DNA from: an uncultured delta proteobacterium
Lineage (GTDB): Bacteria > Desulfobacterota > Desulfobacteria > Desulfobacterales > UBA11574
Direction: 5' to 3'
DNA length: 64,000 bases
NCBI GenBank assembly: GCA_963752565.1
Contig: CAVVZC010000021.1
Coordinates: forward strand, 64,934-128,933
Below the pieces are notes generated by a model that worked only from the letters and a program-made list of their open reading frames with translations, searched no databases and was not told the DNA's origin. The translations under genes were made by a program, and so were the position numbers. The stretch's first letter is position 1, and each line of letters starts with the position of its first letter. This document shows, piece by piece, positions 29,062-39,459 of this stretch.

Positions 29062-29587
29062 GGATGCGTTCCTTCTTTTTTATATTCAATTCAAAGAAAG
29101 TTGCGCCTTCAATGGGATTGAACCGATATGGCGCTACTTCCTTGAACCCCAAAGCCTTGTATAACATATTTGCCTGTTTCATTGAGGGAATCGTATCGAG
29201 TCTCATCAAATCATACCCCATATCCCTGGCGGCTTTGATAACAACTTCAGCCAATAATTTTCCGACCTTTTGTCCTCTGAAATACGGTTTTACGTAAAGA
29301 CGCTTCATTTCACAAATACCTTGACCTAAATCTCGAAGAGCCACACAGCCGATGGGCTGATTTGCATCCAGCGCAACATATAAACAGCCCCGAGGGAAAG
29401 CGTATTGTCCAGGAAAATTCTCCATCTCTTTATCAAAGTCCTGAAAGCCCAAATCAAATTCCAGAGATTCAGCATATTCCCGAATCAATTCCTTTGCTTT
29501 TTCAACAAATTCTTTTGTATTTGCTTCAACAATTTTTATCATGGTTACGTAAAAACTAAGAACTTCAGAAAGGGTTGTCAATGACAT
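29033..29587 (-). CDS. GNAT-family N-acetyltransferase
   Basis: 184 aa. Acetyl-CoA binding motif RGQKVGKLLAEVVIKAARDMGY after CEMKRLYVKP. Confidence 0.8.
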   Translation of the reverse strand: MSLTTLSEVLSFYVTMIKIVEANTKEFVEKAKELIREYAESLEFDLGFQDFDKEMENFPGQYAFPRGCLYVALDANQPIGCVALRDLGQGICEMKRLYVKPYFRGQKVGKLLAEVVIKAARDMGYDLMRLDTIPSMKQANMLYKALGFKEVAPYRFNPIEGATFFELNIKKKERIHAKAENKDF

Positions 29588-30294
29588 TCGGTGCCGGATT
29601 GGATGACCCTATTTATAGGCAATGCCTTTAAAGAATGTATAACAAAAAGTTGGCGACCGATAAGAGAATTGGCCTTCACTTTGGCCTGTAGATCAATCAG
29701 ACATTGTATCGTCTGCCATGCTTCCTTACTGTCCGGATGAAAAAAAGTAGAACCGTGGTCTCCTTCAATTACCGTAATGGTTCCATTATTTTTCAATTTT
29801 GCTTTTAGATGAAATAATGCCCCGATCGGGTTTTTTAGATGCTCCAGCACAAAACATACAAATATGTGATCAAAACTGCTGTCTAAAAAAGGCAAATCGA
29901 AAATGTCGGCATTAAGAAAAGCTGCATTCTCATATCCTGATGATTCTATTCGAGCTTTTGCGGTATTAAGAGACGTTTCTGTTATATCCATACATGTAAA
30001 GCGAGTATCAGGACTATGGGTTACCAGCGTGATCGTTTGAGCGCCAACGCCGCACCCGACCTCTAATACAAAAGCCCCGGGTGGATACGTTGTGTCTTTA
30101 TGCAGCAATTCCGTCAGGGTGGTCGCCTGATCAACAAGCCTTTCATTCTCTCTTTCTGAATATCCATGAACGTATTTATGTCCACAAGTTCTCATGGGGT
30201 TTCCTTCGTTAGTCTTTACAGTTTTATTCAAAATGAGCGCTATTGTGCCACAAACATACCGCTTTATAGTATTTCGTCGATCAAGGTTTGACAA
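29578..30294 (-). CDS. class I SAM-dependent methyltransferase
   Basis: 238 aa. Motif I VLEVGCGVGAQT and the post-I/II pattern DHIFVCFVLEHL. Confidence 0.8.
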   Translation of the reverse strand: MSNLDRRNTIKRYVCGTIALILNKTVKTNEGNPMRTCGHKYVHGYSERENERLVDQATTLTELLHKDTTYPPGAFVLEVGCGVGAQTITLVTHSPDTRFTCMDITETSLNTAKARIESSGYENAAFLNADIFDLPFLDSSFDHIFVCFVLEHLKNPIGALFHLKAKLKNNGTITVIEGDHGSTFFHPDSKEAWQTIQCLIDLQAKVKANSLIGRQLFVIHSLKALPINRVIQSGTECH

Positions 30295-30595
30295 GAAAAA
30301 GCTGCGGTAATTAACAAAAGAAGGGCTTTTGGTGGAGTAGTATCCTGTTTTTAGTTGATCACATCATCGGGAATTCGTAAAAGCCAACTTTCAGTGATTC
30401 AACGGAGCTGTATAATAGAGGTTTTGAAGCTGTTGTGTGAATATGAAAAAGAAGTGGAGGATACAAATTGGAGGATTTGGTTCATGGCTTCCGTGTGTTG
30501 CGCAAGGATGGATCGTTCGGATTTTTGGAGTAAATAAGTTTTGGTGTGTTATTGAAAAAGCTAAACACTCTTAAGGCTACAAACATAGACGAGAA

Positions 30596-31151
30596 TTAAC
30601 TCCAGTTCTCGTCGCCATCTTTGCCGGTTAAAATCACAGAGATGCCGCCGGCAGTATTCACATTAACACCCATAATAAGACCGGTTGGATTTGTCAAACT
30701 GACTTGGCCTTGGGCAAGAGCCGGGACGACACCGGTGGGTAAAAGTCCCCTATTGTTGAATCCACAGGTATTTGACCGTTAATGTCGTACCTGTAATATC
30801 TACGCCGTTTTCCAAAGTAACGGGGCCCTTTATAAGGGTGTCGACACCTGGCGCATAGCCCGCATTTCCATCTACTTCAAAAAATACGGTATAAGTCTCA
30901 GCTACCGTGTCAAATTCGATACAGGCATCTGTGTTGCTTCTCACGGCCCTAAATTTCGCTAAATTCATGTCATCGTATATCTGCCTTACCGATGTTTGGA
31001 GTCTGTGTCTGGGTAACCAGGAAATATAGCTGGGTACTGAAATGGCCGTCATTATACCAAGAATGCTAAAAGCAACGAGGATTTCAGTTAACGTGAAACC
31101 TTTCGGATTCTTCAGTTTTTTCCAACAACAAAACGATCTTTTTTTATACAT
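30596..31151 (-). pseudogene. GspH/FimT-like minor (pseudo)pilin, interrupted by a 1-nt frameshift
   Basis: Prepilin N-terminus KGFTLTEILVAFSILGIMTAISVP. The track ORF stops at 30750. A second frame, open from about 30778 to the stop at 30596-30598, encodes RSNTCGFNNRGLLPTGVVPALAQGQVSLTNPTGLIMGVNVNTAGGISVILTGKDGDENWS, a typical C-terminus for this family. Confidence 0.6.
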
Positions 31152-31545
31152 CAGTATCTCCCAAGAACAAAGCGATCTGTGTTTTTCCGCCGTTAACCGG
31201 CGTATATGTATCAATCATTAAGCCTTCACTGCCTTTAAAAAGAGCCAAGAATGCGGTGGCTTCCGGGTCATTCATTCGCGACGGCTCAAATCCTCGTTCA
31301 ACCCGAATCGACCAACCTGTCCGGACCAAATTATTTTTATAATATTTTAAGACTTTTTTCGCTGAATCGATGGTTTCGAGCTCGGCATAGCACCCGCCAT
31401 TCAGCCGCATGATGTTCACAATTTTAGAGTTTGGATAGCGGGATATCTTTCCATTGAAATTGTATGGCATTTTATCCATGCATCCTGAAACAATGCACAC
31501 GAATGCCATCAACAGCAGAGATAACACGAAAGTCTTGGATTTCAT
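31144..31545 (-). CDS. putative lipoprotein
   Basis: Signal peptide plus lipobox MKSKTFVLSLLLMAFVCIVSGC. The start is taken at the internal Met (31545) of track ORF 31144-31665. Confidence 0.45.
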   Translation of the reverse strand: MKSKTFVLSLLLMAFVCIVSGCMDKMPYNFNGKISRYPNSKIVNIMRLNGGCYAELETIDSAKKVLKYYKNNLVRTGWSIRVERGFEPSRMNDPEATAFLALFKGSEGLMIDTYTPVNGGKTQIALFLGDTDV

Positions 31546-32003
31546 AAGCCGTCCCTTTATATTAACTATCGGAACTTTTTCGGTAAAGTTTATGCAAAAA
31601 TTATGCAAAAAAAGTGGGAAGGCTATAAAAAATAAAGATATCGATGAGTTAGCTTGGATGGACACATCGCCGAATCAAGAGCTTGAGACAATATTCGGCA
31701 ATTTTTGTGTCGTTTTTTGGCAGTTTTCACCTGTATAATTCATTGTTTCGCACTCATATTTTTTATGTAAACCAATTGAATGGTTATACATCTAAAAAAG
31801 TGTCACAGTTTAAAATCCTTTTGGCTCACTCGCTATAGCAGGGTTTTGAAAGTTCAAATTGCATCTTTATTAAAAATTCGACAATCATTTAACTTAGCAC
31901 ATTATTTCTTGATATTTGAACCTATAAATCGTAGTTTGTGTCCATCCATAAATATTTATTGGGCACAAATTAAGTTTCAAAAATATAACACCGATATCGG
32001 CCT

Positions 32004-33398
32004 ATGAAGAATCATGTAAATAGGTTTGTATTGACCATCATTCTGTTGCTGGTCGCATCTTGCGCTCCGTTCAAACCCCAGGAGAGGCAGGCACCGGAAG
32101 GTGAATTGCCGCGCTCTTTTTCGCTCTATACGTCAGAATCCAAACCAGAATCACGGTGGTGGGAAGAATTTAATGATCCTGATCTCAACGTGCTTATCAC
32201 TGAAGCGCTCTCCGACAACTTAACTTTGAAAGAGGCCTGGTTCCGACTCGTTCAAACCCGGGCTTTGGCCGTTCAGGCCGGTGCAGCACTTTATCCGGAT
32301 CTGGCAGGAACCGCCGAGGCTTATTATGCGCGTCAGCGGTTAGACAACGGTTCCCGGAAAACCATATCCAATGAAGACTATTCCCTGGGAGTAATAAGCA
32401 GCTACGAACTGGATCTCTGGGGGCGTATTCAGGCCGGGCGCGAATCCGCTTTGCTTGAAGTGACCGCCGCCCGGGAAGACTTAAACACAGCGGCAATGAC
32501 CCTGGCGGCTGAAGTGGCCAATCGCTGGGTTAACATTATATCCCAGCGGATGCAAAAACGGCTTCTGGAACGTCAACTTCAAACCAACTTGACATTACTG
32601 GAGCTCATTGAACTCAGATTTCGAATGTCTATGGTATCGGCGGTGGATGTTTATCAACAAAAACAAATTGTTGAAGACACCATGGCTGAAATTCCTCTGG
32701 TTGAGGGCGAAGAACAGGTGCTGAGGCATGAACTGGCTCTGTTGCTGGGAAAGCCTCCGGGAACATTATTAACGATCAGCCGGGAAGATTTTCCGCAACC
32801 GGCCGAAATTCCGGCAACCGGACTGCCGGCTGATCTTCTTGCATCACGTCCGGATTTGCGAAGGGCTGGAATGCTTTTGCAGGCTGCGGACTGGCAAGTG
32901 GCAGCCGCTCGGGCAAATCGTTTGCCGGCAATTCGCCTGACTGCCGGGGCCCAATATGAAAAAGGCAATATAAATGTACTTTTTGACAACTGGCTGCTCA
33001 ACCTGGCGGGCAATTTGACTGCACCAATATTCGATGGGGGCCGACGGGCGGCAGAAGTGGACCGCAGAAAGGCTCTCGTGGATGAAAATTTGTCTGCATA
33101 CCGGCAAGCGGTTTTAACGGCCATCAGAGAAGTTGAAGATGCGCTGGTCAGTGAGGTCAAGCAGCGGGAACACATCAGGGCCCTCGAAAATGTAATGGTT
33201 ACTGCCCGCAAGGCATTAGAGGAGGCAGGGATTCGGTATCGTAACGGGCTTACCGATTACCTGCCGGTGCTGACCCAATTGTTGGCGGTTCAAGGACTCG
33301 AAAGGAACTTAATTCGACAGCGGGCGATCCTGCTTAATGCACGCGTCCGTCTCTATCGCTCGCTGGGCGGAACATGGACGGACTCGCTAACCCCTTGA
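32004..33398 (+). CDS. RND efflux outer-membrane factor lipoprotein (NodT/TolC family)
   Basis: 464 aa. Lipobox LLLVASC, two OEP-type repeats, and first position in an OMF-MFP-RND operon. Confidence 0.8.
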   Translation: MKNHVNRFVLTIILLLVASCAPFKPQERQAPEGELPRSFSLYTSESKPESRWWEEFNDPDLNVLITEALSDNLTLKEAWFRLVQTRALAVQAGAALYPDLAGTAEAYYARQRLDNGSRKTISNEDYSLGVISSYELDLWGRIQAGRESALLEVTAAREDLNTAAMTLAAEVANRWVNIISQRMQKRLLERQLQTNLTLLELIELRFRMSMVSAVDVYQQKQIVEDTMAEIPLVEGEEQVLRHELALLLGKPPGTLLTISREDFPQPAEIPATGLPADLLASRPDLRRAGMLLQAADWQVAAARANRLPAIRLTAGAQYEKGNINVLFDNWLLNLAGNLTAPIFDGGRRAAEVDRRKALVDENLSAYRQAVLTAIREVEDALVSEVKQREHIRALENVMVTARKALEEAGIRYRNGLTDYLPVLTQLLAVQGLERNLIRQRAILLNARVRLYRSLGGTWTDSLTP

Positions 33399-33410
33399 GC
33401 AATAAAGCTT

Positions 33411-33562
33411 GATGATCTCGTAAAAAGTCGAAAACGACGACAAAGTAAAAAGCTTCAAATTCAAGGCGCGCAAATCCTGAGGAATGAGGCGTACTTATGG
33501 TACGTCGCAGTGACGAAGGATGCAGCGCAACACAGAAGTTGGACTTTTTACGAAGTCGTAAA
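33411..33562. mobile_element. MITE-like intergenic element with 12-bp terminal inverted repeats (TCGTAAAAAGTC ... GACTTTTTACGA)
   Basis: Arms at 33418-33429 and 33542-33553 read directly, with an internal hairpin CGTAC-TTATG-GTACG. Its translation (WTFYEVVKF) inflates the 5' end of track ORF 33510. Only one copy lies in this window. Confidence 0.45.
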
Positions 33563-33587
33563 GTTTAAAAACCTAATAGGAATAAAA

Positions 33588-34865
33588 ATGGGAGATAATA
33601 AGCAAAAAAATATGTTGCCGGAGAAACAGCCGGACTCTGCCAGAAGTCCACGACCCATCATCAGAATTGTTCTATCGCTTGTTATACTCGGTGCCGGTAT
33701 CGGCGCAGCATTTTACATTAAAAATAGTGCGCCCCGAGCCAAAAAGCGGCCGCCGGTTAAGCTGAGTCCGACGGTTCTGATTCAAACGGTACAACCTTCC
33801 AGCTATCAGATTATCGTAACAGCCATGGGAACCGTTATTCCTGACCGGGAAGTGGTGCTAAAATCCCGTGTGTCCGGAGAAATTGTGGAGATCCATCCTG
33901 AATTCACGGAAGGCGGGTTTTTAAAAAAAGACATGAGAATTATCCAGATCGATCCTCAAGATTACGAGCTGGCTCTGGTTCGAAAGCGAAGTACGGTGAC
34001 CGATGCCGAGTATGCCCTGAAACTGGAGTTGGGGCGTCAAGCAGTGGCCAAGCGAGAATGGGAGATTTTAGACCAGGGCAAGAAAGCGCAAGATATGGAA
34101 AAAGAACTGGCGCTACGCCAGCCCCACCTAAACAAGGTCAGAGCAGAGCTATCGGCAGCTGAGGCCGAACTAGAAGCGGCAATGCTCAATCTTGAGCGAA
34201 CCCACATCACGGTGCCATTCAATGCCATGGTGCGTTCAAAGTCAGTGGATCGCGGCTCCCAGGTAACACCCCAGGACTCGCTGGCCGAACTGGTGGGCAC
34301 CGATGCTTACAGAGTCCAGGCATCCTTGCCGGTGGATCGCCTCGAATGGATTGACGTTCCGGTTCGAGCCGGCGATCACGGTTCCAAGGCCCGAATCATT
34401 TATGGCCAGGGTAATGAATACAGCGGGACGGTTATCCGGTTGATGGGAGATCTGTCAACCGAAGGGCGCATGGCTCGGATCCTGTTGGAGGTTGCTGATC
34501 CGCTTGGCTTGAACGCTTCCAATCAGGATCACACACCCCTTTTAATCGGCGAGTACGTCAGGGCGAAAATCCTGGGCCGCAAACTTGACAACGTATTTCA
34601 AATTCCGCGTACGGCCTTGAAAGATAATTCAAGTATCTGGATCGTAAGTGAAAACCAAACATTGGAAATTCGAAAGGTACGTCCGGTCTGGCGTGATGCC
34701 GACGTCGTCCTGCTGAAGGACGGCCTGAAACCTGGAGAACAGTTGATCGTTTCGGATTTGCCTGCACCTGTGGAAGGAATGAGAGTGCGAGTCGAACCAT
34801 TGAAATCTGAAATGAAAAGAGACCAACCCGTGAAAGAAAAAGCAGCAAAGGATGGAAATTCTTAG
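33588..34865 (+). CDS. efflux RND periplasmic adaptor (membrane fusion protein)
   Basis: N-terminal TM segment, coiled-coil segment (LNKVRAELSAAEAELEAAMLNLERT), and a beta-barrel C-terminus. The start is taken at ATG 33588, after the repeat. Confidence 0.75.
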   Translation: MGDNKQKNMLPEKQPDSARSPRPIIRIVLSLVILGAGIGAAFYIKNSAPRAKKRPPVKLSPTVLIQTVQPSSYQIIVTAMGTVIPDREVVLKSRVSGEIVEIHPEFTEGGFLKKDMRIIQIDPQDYELALVRKRSTVTDAEYALKLELGRQAVAKREWEILDQGKKAQDMEKELALRQPHLNKVRAELSAAEAELEAAMLNLERTHITVPFNAMVRSKSVDRGSQVTPQDSLAELVGTDAYRVQASLPVDRLEWIDVPVRAGDHGSKARIIYGQGNEYSGTVIRLMGDLSTEGRMARILLEVADPLGLNASNQDHTPLLIGEYVRAKILGRKLDNVFQIPRTALKDNSSIWIVSENQTLEIRKVRPVWRDADVVLLKDGLKPGEQLIVSDLPAPVEGMRVRVEPLKSEMKRDQPVKEKAAKDGNS

Positions 34866-37800
34866 TATGAAAAGCCTTTTGCAAGATGATTCCAAAAAAA
34901 AGGGACCCATTGCCTGGATGGCCGGTCATTCCGTGACGGCCAACCTTCTCATGCTGGTGCTTCTTGTGGGAGGATTCTTTATGGGCTTTCGCATCAAGAA
35001 GGAAGTATTTCCTTACTTTGAACTGGATCGGGTCCAAATCACCGTTCCCTATCCCGGTGCCAGCCCCCAGGAAGTGGAGAGGGGCATCATATTGGCCATA
35101 GAAGAGGCCGTGCAAGGCTTGGAAGGTGTCAATGAAGTTCGGGCATCTGCCAGAGAAGGGGTTGGTACGGTCACCGTGGAGATGATAGAAGGCGAAAATC
35201 TGCAAAAGCTGGGTCAGGACATCCAGAGTGAAGTGGATCGGATTACGTCTTTTCCCGAAGAAGCAGAAGAGCCCCGGGTGGTAATAGTTTCCAGAAAGCG
35301 TTTTGTTGTTTCTCTGGCGCTTTACGGCGATCAAAGCGAAGGGGTGCTACGTGAATATGCTGAGTATTTGCGGGACCGATTGCTTCAGGATCCGGATATT
35401 ACCCAGGTGGAACTGGTTGGGGTGCGTAACTATGAAATCAGCGTTGAGATTTCCCAGGACAAATTAAGAACTTATAACCTTACCATAGAGGAGGTTGCCC
35501 AGCGGATCGGCAGGACGTCCGTTGAACTTCCCGGCGGCGCCGTCAAAACTCCCGGAGGCGATATCCTGGTTCGCGTGAAGGAACGCAAGGATTACGGACG
35601 CGAATTCGGAAAGATTCCGATTATTACGGCCAACGATGGAACCCAGGTTCTGCTCGAAGATATCGCCGATATTAAGGACGGATTTGAAGAAACCGACCAT
35701 GCCGCCACGTATAACGGAAAACCCTCCGTAATGATCGAGGTCTATCGGGTCGGCGATCAAACCCCTGTTTCAGTATCCAATGCCGCCAAACAGGTGGTGG
35801 AGGCGGTAAACCAGGAACTGCCTCCGGGCCTGGTGGTTGTTCTTCGCAATGACCGGTCGGAAATCTACCGGCAGCGCATGGAACTTATGGTTAAAAACGG
35901 AATTATAGGGTTGGGTCTGGTGTTTATTTTGCTGGCATTGTTTCTGGAAGCTCGGCTGGCTTTCTGGGTGGCTCTGGGGATTCCCATCTCTTTTATGGGT
36001 TCTCTTTTCTTTTTGCCGGCACTGGGTGTCAGCATTAATATGGTCTCCATGTTCGCGTTTATCGTCACCCTCGGCATCGTGGTGGATGATGCCATTGTTG
36101 TTGGAGAAAACGTCTACCACCATCGCCAGCGAGGCGTTCCCTGGTTTAAAGCTTCTGTTTCGGGGACTCGAGAGATCGCCATGCCGGTAACTTTCAGCGT
36201 TTTGACCAACATGATTGCTTTCGCACCCATGTTTTTCGTTCCCGGTATCATGGGGAAGGTTTTTAAACAAATTCCCGTGGTCGTGATCAGTGTGTTTGCG
36301 ATTTCGCTGATTGAGTGTTTTTTGATTCTTCCTGCCCACGTTGGCCATCAGAAACAGTTTCGTAAGGGGTTTTTCAGCAGGATCAACGATCGGCAGCAAA
36401 GATTCAGCAAGGCCTTTGTTCGTTTTGTTAAGCGGAGATACGGCCCATTGTTGGGATTGGCCCTACGCTGGAGATATGTGACGATGTCTTTGGGTGTTGC
36501 TGTTTTGCTGATTGTGGCCGGCTATGTGAAGAGCGGGCGCATGGGATTTGAGCTTTTTCCAAAGATCGAATCCGATTATGCCAAAGTGACGGCCACACTG
36601 CCGTTCGGGACTGCGTTTCAAAAAACCGAAAAAGTACAGCAGATGCTGGTCAAGGCGGCCCAGGAAGTTGTCGATGAAAACGGTGGAAAAACACTCATGG
36701 AAGGAATTTTCGCCAGGATCAATGGCAACCAGGCCGATGTTCGTATTTACTTGACGCCGCCGGATAAGCGCCCGATGTCGACTGCGCAAATAACGGAACG
36801 CTGGCGGGAACGGGTGGGGGCTATTCCGGGATTGGAATCCATTTTATTTGAATCCGATGCCGGTGGACCCGGGCGCGGACCCGCAATTTCAGTAGAACTC
36901 AGTCACAAAGATATTGGTCTGCTGGAAAAGGCTGCGGCCGAGGTTGCAGATGCCCTGGGTTTTTATCCGATTGTAAAAGATATCGATGACGGTTTTTCAC
37001 CTGGCAAACAACAGATCGATTTTCAGATCAAACCGGAAGCCCGCAGTCTTGGATTAAGGTCCAAGGAGGTGGCCAGGCAAGTCCGGCATGCTTATTATGG
37101 CGCCGAAGCCCTACGACAACAGCGGGGTCGTAATGAGGTCAAAGTCATGGTCAGGCTCCCCAAGATCGAACGGATTTCCGAGTATAATCTTGAAGAAATG
37201 ATATTGCGGACGCCAAACGGTAGTGAGATTCCCTTGCGTTATGCCGTGACCATACACCGGGGGCGCGCCTATACCGATATCAATCGTCGGGACGGTCACC
37301 GGATCGTGACAGTGACGGCCGATGCCCGGCCCCGAAGTAAGGCGGGCGAGATGTCGGAGTCGCTTAAATCTGAAACCCTGCCGGAATTGAAAAACAAATA
37401 TCCCGGTTTGACCTATAGTTTTGAGGGCCGGCAGGCTGACCGACGGGAAAGCATGCAGAGCCTGATGCGAGGACTTTTGGCGGCCCTTGTGGTCATTTTT
37501 GTCATGCTGGCCATTCCACTGAACAGCTATATTCAGCCTTTGATCATTATGGCGGCCATTCCCTTTGGCATCGTGGGAGCCGTACTCGGTCATCTGATCA
37601 TGGGCTACAGCCTGAGCGTACTCAGCATGTTCGGCGTGGTGGCGCTGAGCGGGGTGGTGGTCAACGATTCGCTGGTGCTGATCGATTTTGCCAACCGCAA
37701 GGAGCGGGCCGGAATGAGTCGGCGTGACGCGATTCATCAGGCGGGTATTCACCGTTTTCGGCCGATTATTTTAACTTCCCTGACCACTTTCGGCGGCCTG

Positions 37801-38001
37801 TCACCGATGATTTTTGAAACGTCCCGCCAGGCCCGGTTTTTGATTCCCATGGCCCTTTCTTTGGGATACGGCATTTTGTTCGCGACCGTGATTACGCTCG
37901 TTCTGGTGCCGTCCTTTTATCTTATTATTGAAGATATCCGTCAATTGATCAGAATGAGATTCTCGTTTGATATCAAGGCCGGGCAAGAAGATGGACCCTA
38001 A
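34852..38001 (+). CDS. RND efflux transporter permease (AcrB/AcrD/AcrF family)
   Basis: 1049 aa with a 12-TM pattern and two large periplasmic loops. An alternative start at 34867 avoids overlap with the adaptor stop. Confidence 0.9.
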   Translation: MEILSMKSLLQDDSKKKGPIAWMAGHSVTANLLMLVLLVGGFFMGFRIKKEVFPYFELDRVQITVPYPGASPQEVERGIILAIEEAVQGLEGVNEVRASAREGVGTVTVEMIEGENLQKLGQDIQSEVDRITSFPEEAEEPRVVIVSRKRFVVSLALYGDQSEGVLREYAEYLRDRLLQDPDITQVELVGVRNYEISVEISQDKLRTYNLTIEEVAQRIGRTSVELPGGAVKTPGGDILVRVKERKDYGREFGKIPIITANDGTQVLLEDIADIKDGFEETDHAATYNGKPSVMIEVYRVGDQTPVSVSNAAKQVVEAVNQELPPGLVVVLRNDRSEIYRQRMELMVKNGIIGLGLVFILLALFLEARLAFWVALGIPISFMGSLFFLPALGVSINMVSMFAFIVTLGIVVDDAIVVGENVYHHRQRGVPWFKASVSGTREIAMPVTFSVLTNMIAFAPMFFVPGIMGKVFKQIPVVVISVFAISLIECFLILPAHVGHQKQFRKGFFSRINDRQQRFSKAFVRFVKRRYGPLLGLALRWRYVTMSLGVAVLLIVAGYVKSGRMGFELFPKIESDYAKVTATLPFGTAFQKTEKVQQMLVKAAQEVVDENGGKTLMEGIFARINGNQADVRIYLTPPDKRPMSTAQITERWRERVGAIPGLESILFESDAGGPGRGPAISVELSHKDIGLLEKAAAEVADALGFYPIVKDIDDGFSPGKQQIDFQIKPEARSLGLRSKEVARQVRHAYYGAEALRQQRGRNEVKVMVRLPKIERISEYNLEEMILRTPNGSEIPLRYAVTIHRGRAYTDINRRDGHRIVTVTADARPRSKAGEMSESLKSETLPELKNKYPGLTYSFEGRQADRRESMQSLMRGLLAALVVIFVMLAIPLNSYIQPLIIMAAIPFGIVGAVLGHLIMGYSLSVLSMFGVVALSGVVVNDSLVLIDFANRKERAGMSRRDAIHQAGIHRFRPIILTSLTTFGGLSPMIFETSRQARFLIPMALSLGYGILFATVITLVLVPSFYLIIEDIRQLIRMRFSFDIKAGQEDGP

Positions 38002-38225
38002 TTTTAGAACGTCTCGGCCAATATCTCCAACCACCTAATCTTATTACAACTTCTTACTTGACTGACGGATACCTTTAGCCGTATATAGAGTGGGATAGCA
38101 ATTATTGAATAATGTTCCCATAATTTACAGACCGCATCCAATCAAATTAAATTTCAAGTTAAAAAATGGACAGACCTTGCCATCAATTGAGTATTGTCGC
38201 TCAACTGGCGTTTAAGGAGGACTTT

Positions 38226-39419
38226 ATGTTAAAAAAACTTGTACGGGGAGTAACCGCAGTGTTTTTTTTCTTTTCCTTGTCATTTTTAACTTCTCAAACA
38301 GTCATGGGGGTTGATAAGACGTTTACGTTTGGTTTGCTTTTAGTCGGCCCCTATAATGATCACGGATGGAGCCAGGCCCATTTTGAAGGGGGAAAATATG
38401 TTGAAAAAATGATTCCTAATGCCAAAATGATATATATCGACAAGGTCAACCCGGCCGATCGTCCCGGCATTACGATTCCCCAGCTCGTAGATGATATGGT
38501 GGAAAAAGGGGCTAAATTAATCATCGCAAATTCTGATGACATGAAAGACGGAACCAGAGAAGCAGCCCGGATGCATCCTGAGATACATTTTCTTCATATT
38601 TCCGGTGACGATGTTCTCACCGCAAAGGCGCCTAAGAATCTTAGCAACCTCATGGGGCGAATGGAATACGGAAAAATGATGGCCGGATTTGCCGCGGCAA
38701 TGACCACAAAAACCGGTAAAATTGGATATCTTGGTCCTCTTATAAATGATGAAACCCGGCGATTGGCAGCATCTTGTTATCTGGGCGCTAAATATGCCTG
38801 GGAAAAGGTTCTGAAAAAAGATCCGGCAAAGTTGAAGTTTCAGGTCACCTGGATCGGCTTTTGGTTCAACATTCCCGGTGTAACCGCTGATCCCACTCAA
38901 GTTGCCCTGAACTTTTTCAACTCCGGATATGATGTTGTTCTTTCCGGGATAGACACCACTGAAGCTGTCGTTGTTGCGACGCAAAAACGGAAGGAAGGAA
39001 AAGAAGTCTGGGCAGTACCCTATGATTATATCGGGGCGTGCGAAGGCGGGACTGATGTATGCTTGGGGGTCTCCTATTTCAATTGGGGTCCGGGATACGT
39101 TTCTTTTGTAAAAGCATCAATGGCAGGAAAATGGACGTCCAAATGGGTCTGGTTGGGGCCTGACTGGAAGGATATCAACAATTCTGATACCAGTGCAGTT
39201 GGTTTTATGGCCGGGTCTGCATTGTCTTCATCAGCCAAAGCAGCTTTAAATATATTTATCAAGGATCTCGGAACAGGCAAAGCAGAACTTTTCAAAGGTC
39301 CCCTTTACTATCAGGACGGCAATTTATTTCTTAAAGACGGTGAAGTTGCGACGGATAAAAAGGTTTGGTACATGAAACAGCTTTTAAAGGGGATGACCGG
39401 GCAAAGCGGCGCTAAATAG
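38226..39419 (+). CDS. BMP-family (PnrA-like) ABC transporter substrate-binding protein
   Basis: Signal peptide, then FTFGLLLVGPYNDHGWSQAH. AAGGAGG lies 6 nt upstream of ATG 38226. Followed by a two-domain ATPase and two permeases. Confidence 0.7.
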   Translation: MLKKLVRGVTAVFFFFSLSFLTSQTVMGVDKTFTFGLLLVGPYNDHGWSQAHFEGGKYVEKMIPNAKMIYIDKVNPADRPGITIPQLVDDMVEKGAKLIIANSDDMKDGTREAARMHPEIHFLHISGDDVLTAKAPKNLSNLMGRMEYGKMMAGFAAAMTTKTGKIGYLGPLINDETRRLAASCYLGAKYAWEKVLKKDPAKLKFQVTWIGFWFNIPGVTADPTQVALNFFNSGYDVVLSGIDTTEAVVVATQKRKEGKEVWAVPYDYIGACEGGTDVCLGVSYFNWGPGYVSFVKASMAGKWTSKWVWLGPDWKDINNSDTSAVGFMAGSALSSSAKAALNIFIKDLGTGKAELFKGPLYYQDGNLFLKDGEVATDKKVWYMKQLLKGMTGQSGAK

Positions 39420-39459
39420 TTCAAATAGTTCTAATGAATCTTTTTGGGTATTCTCTAAG

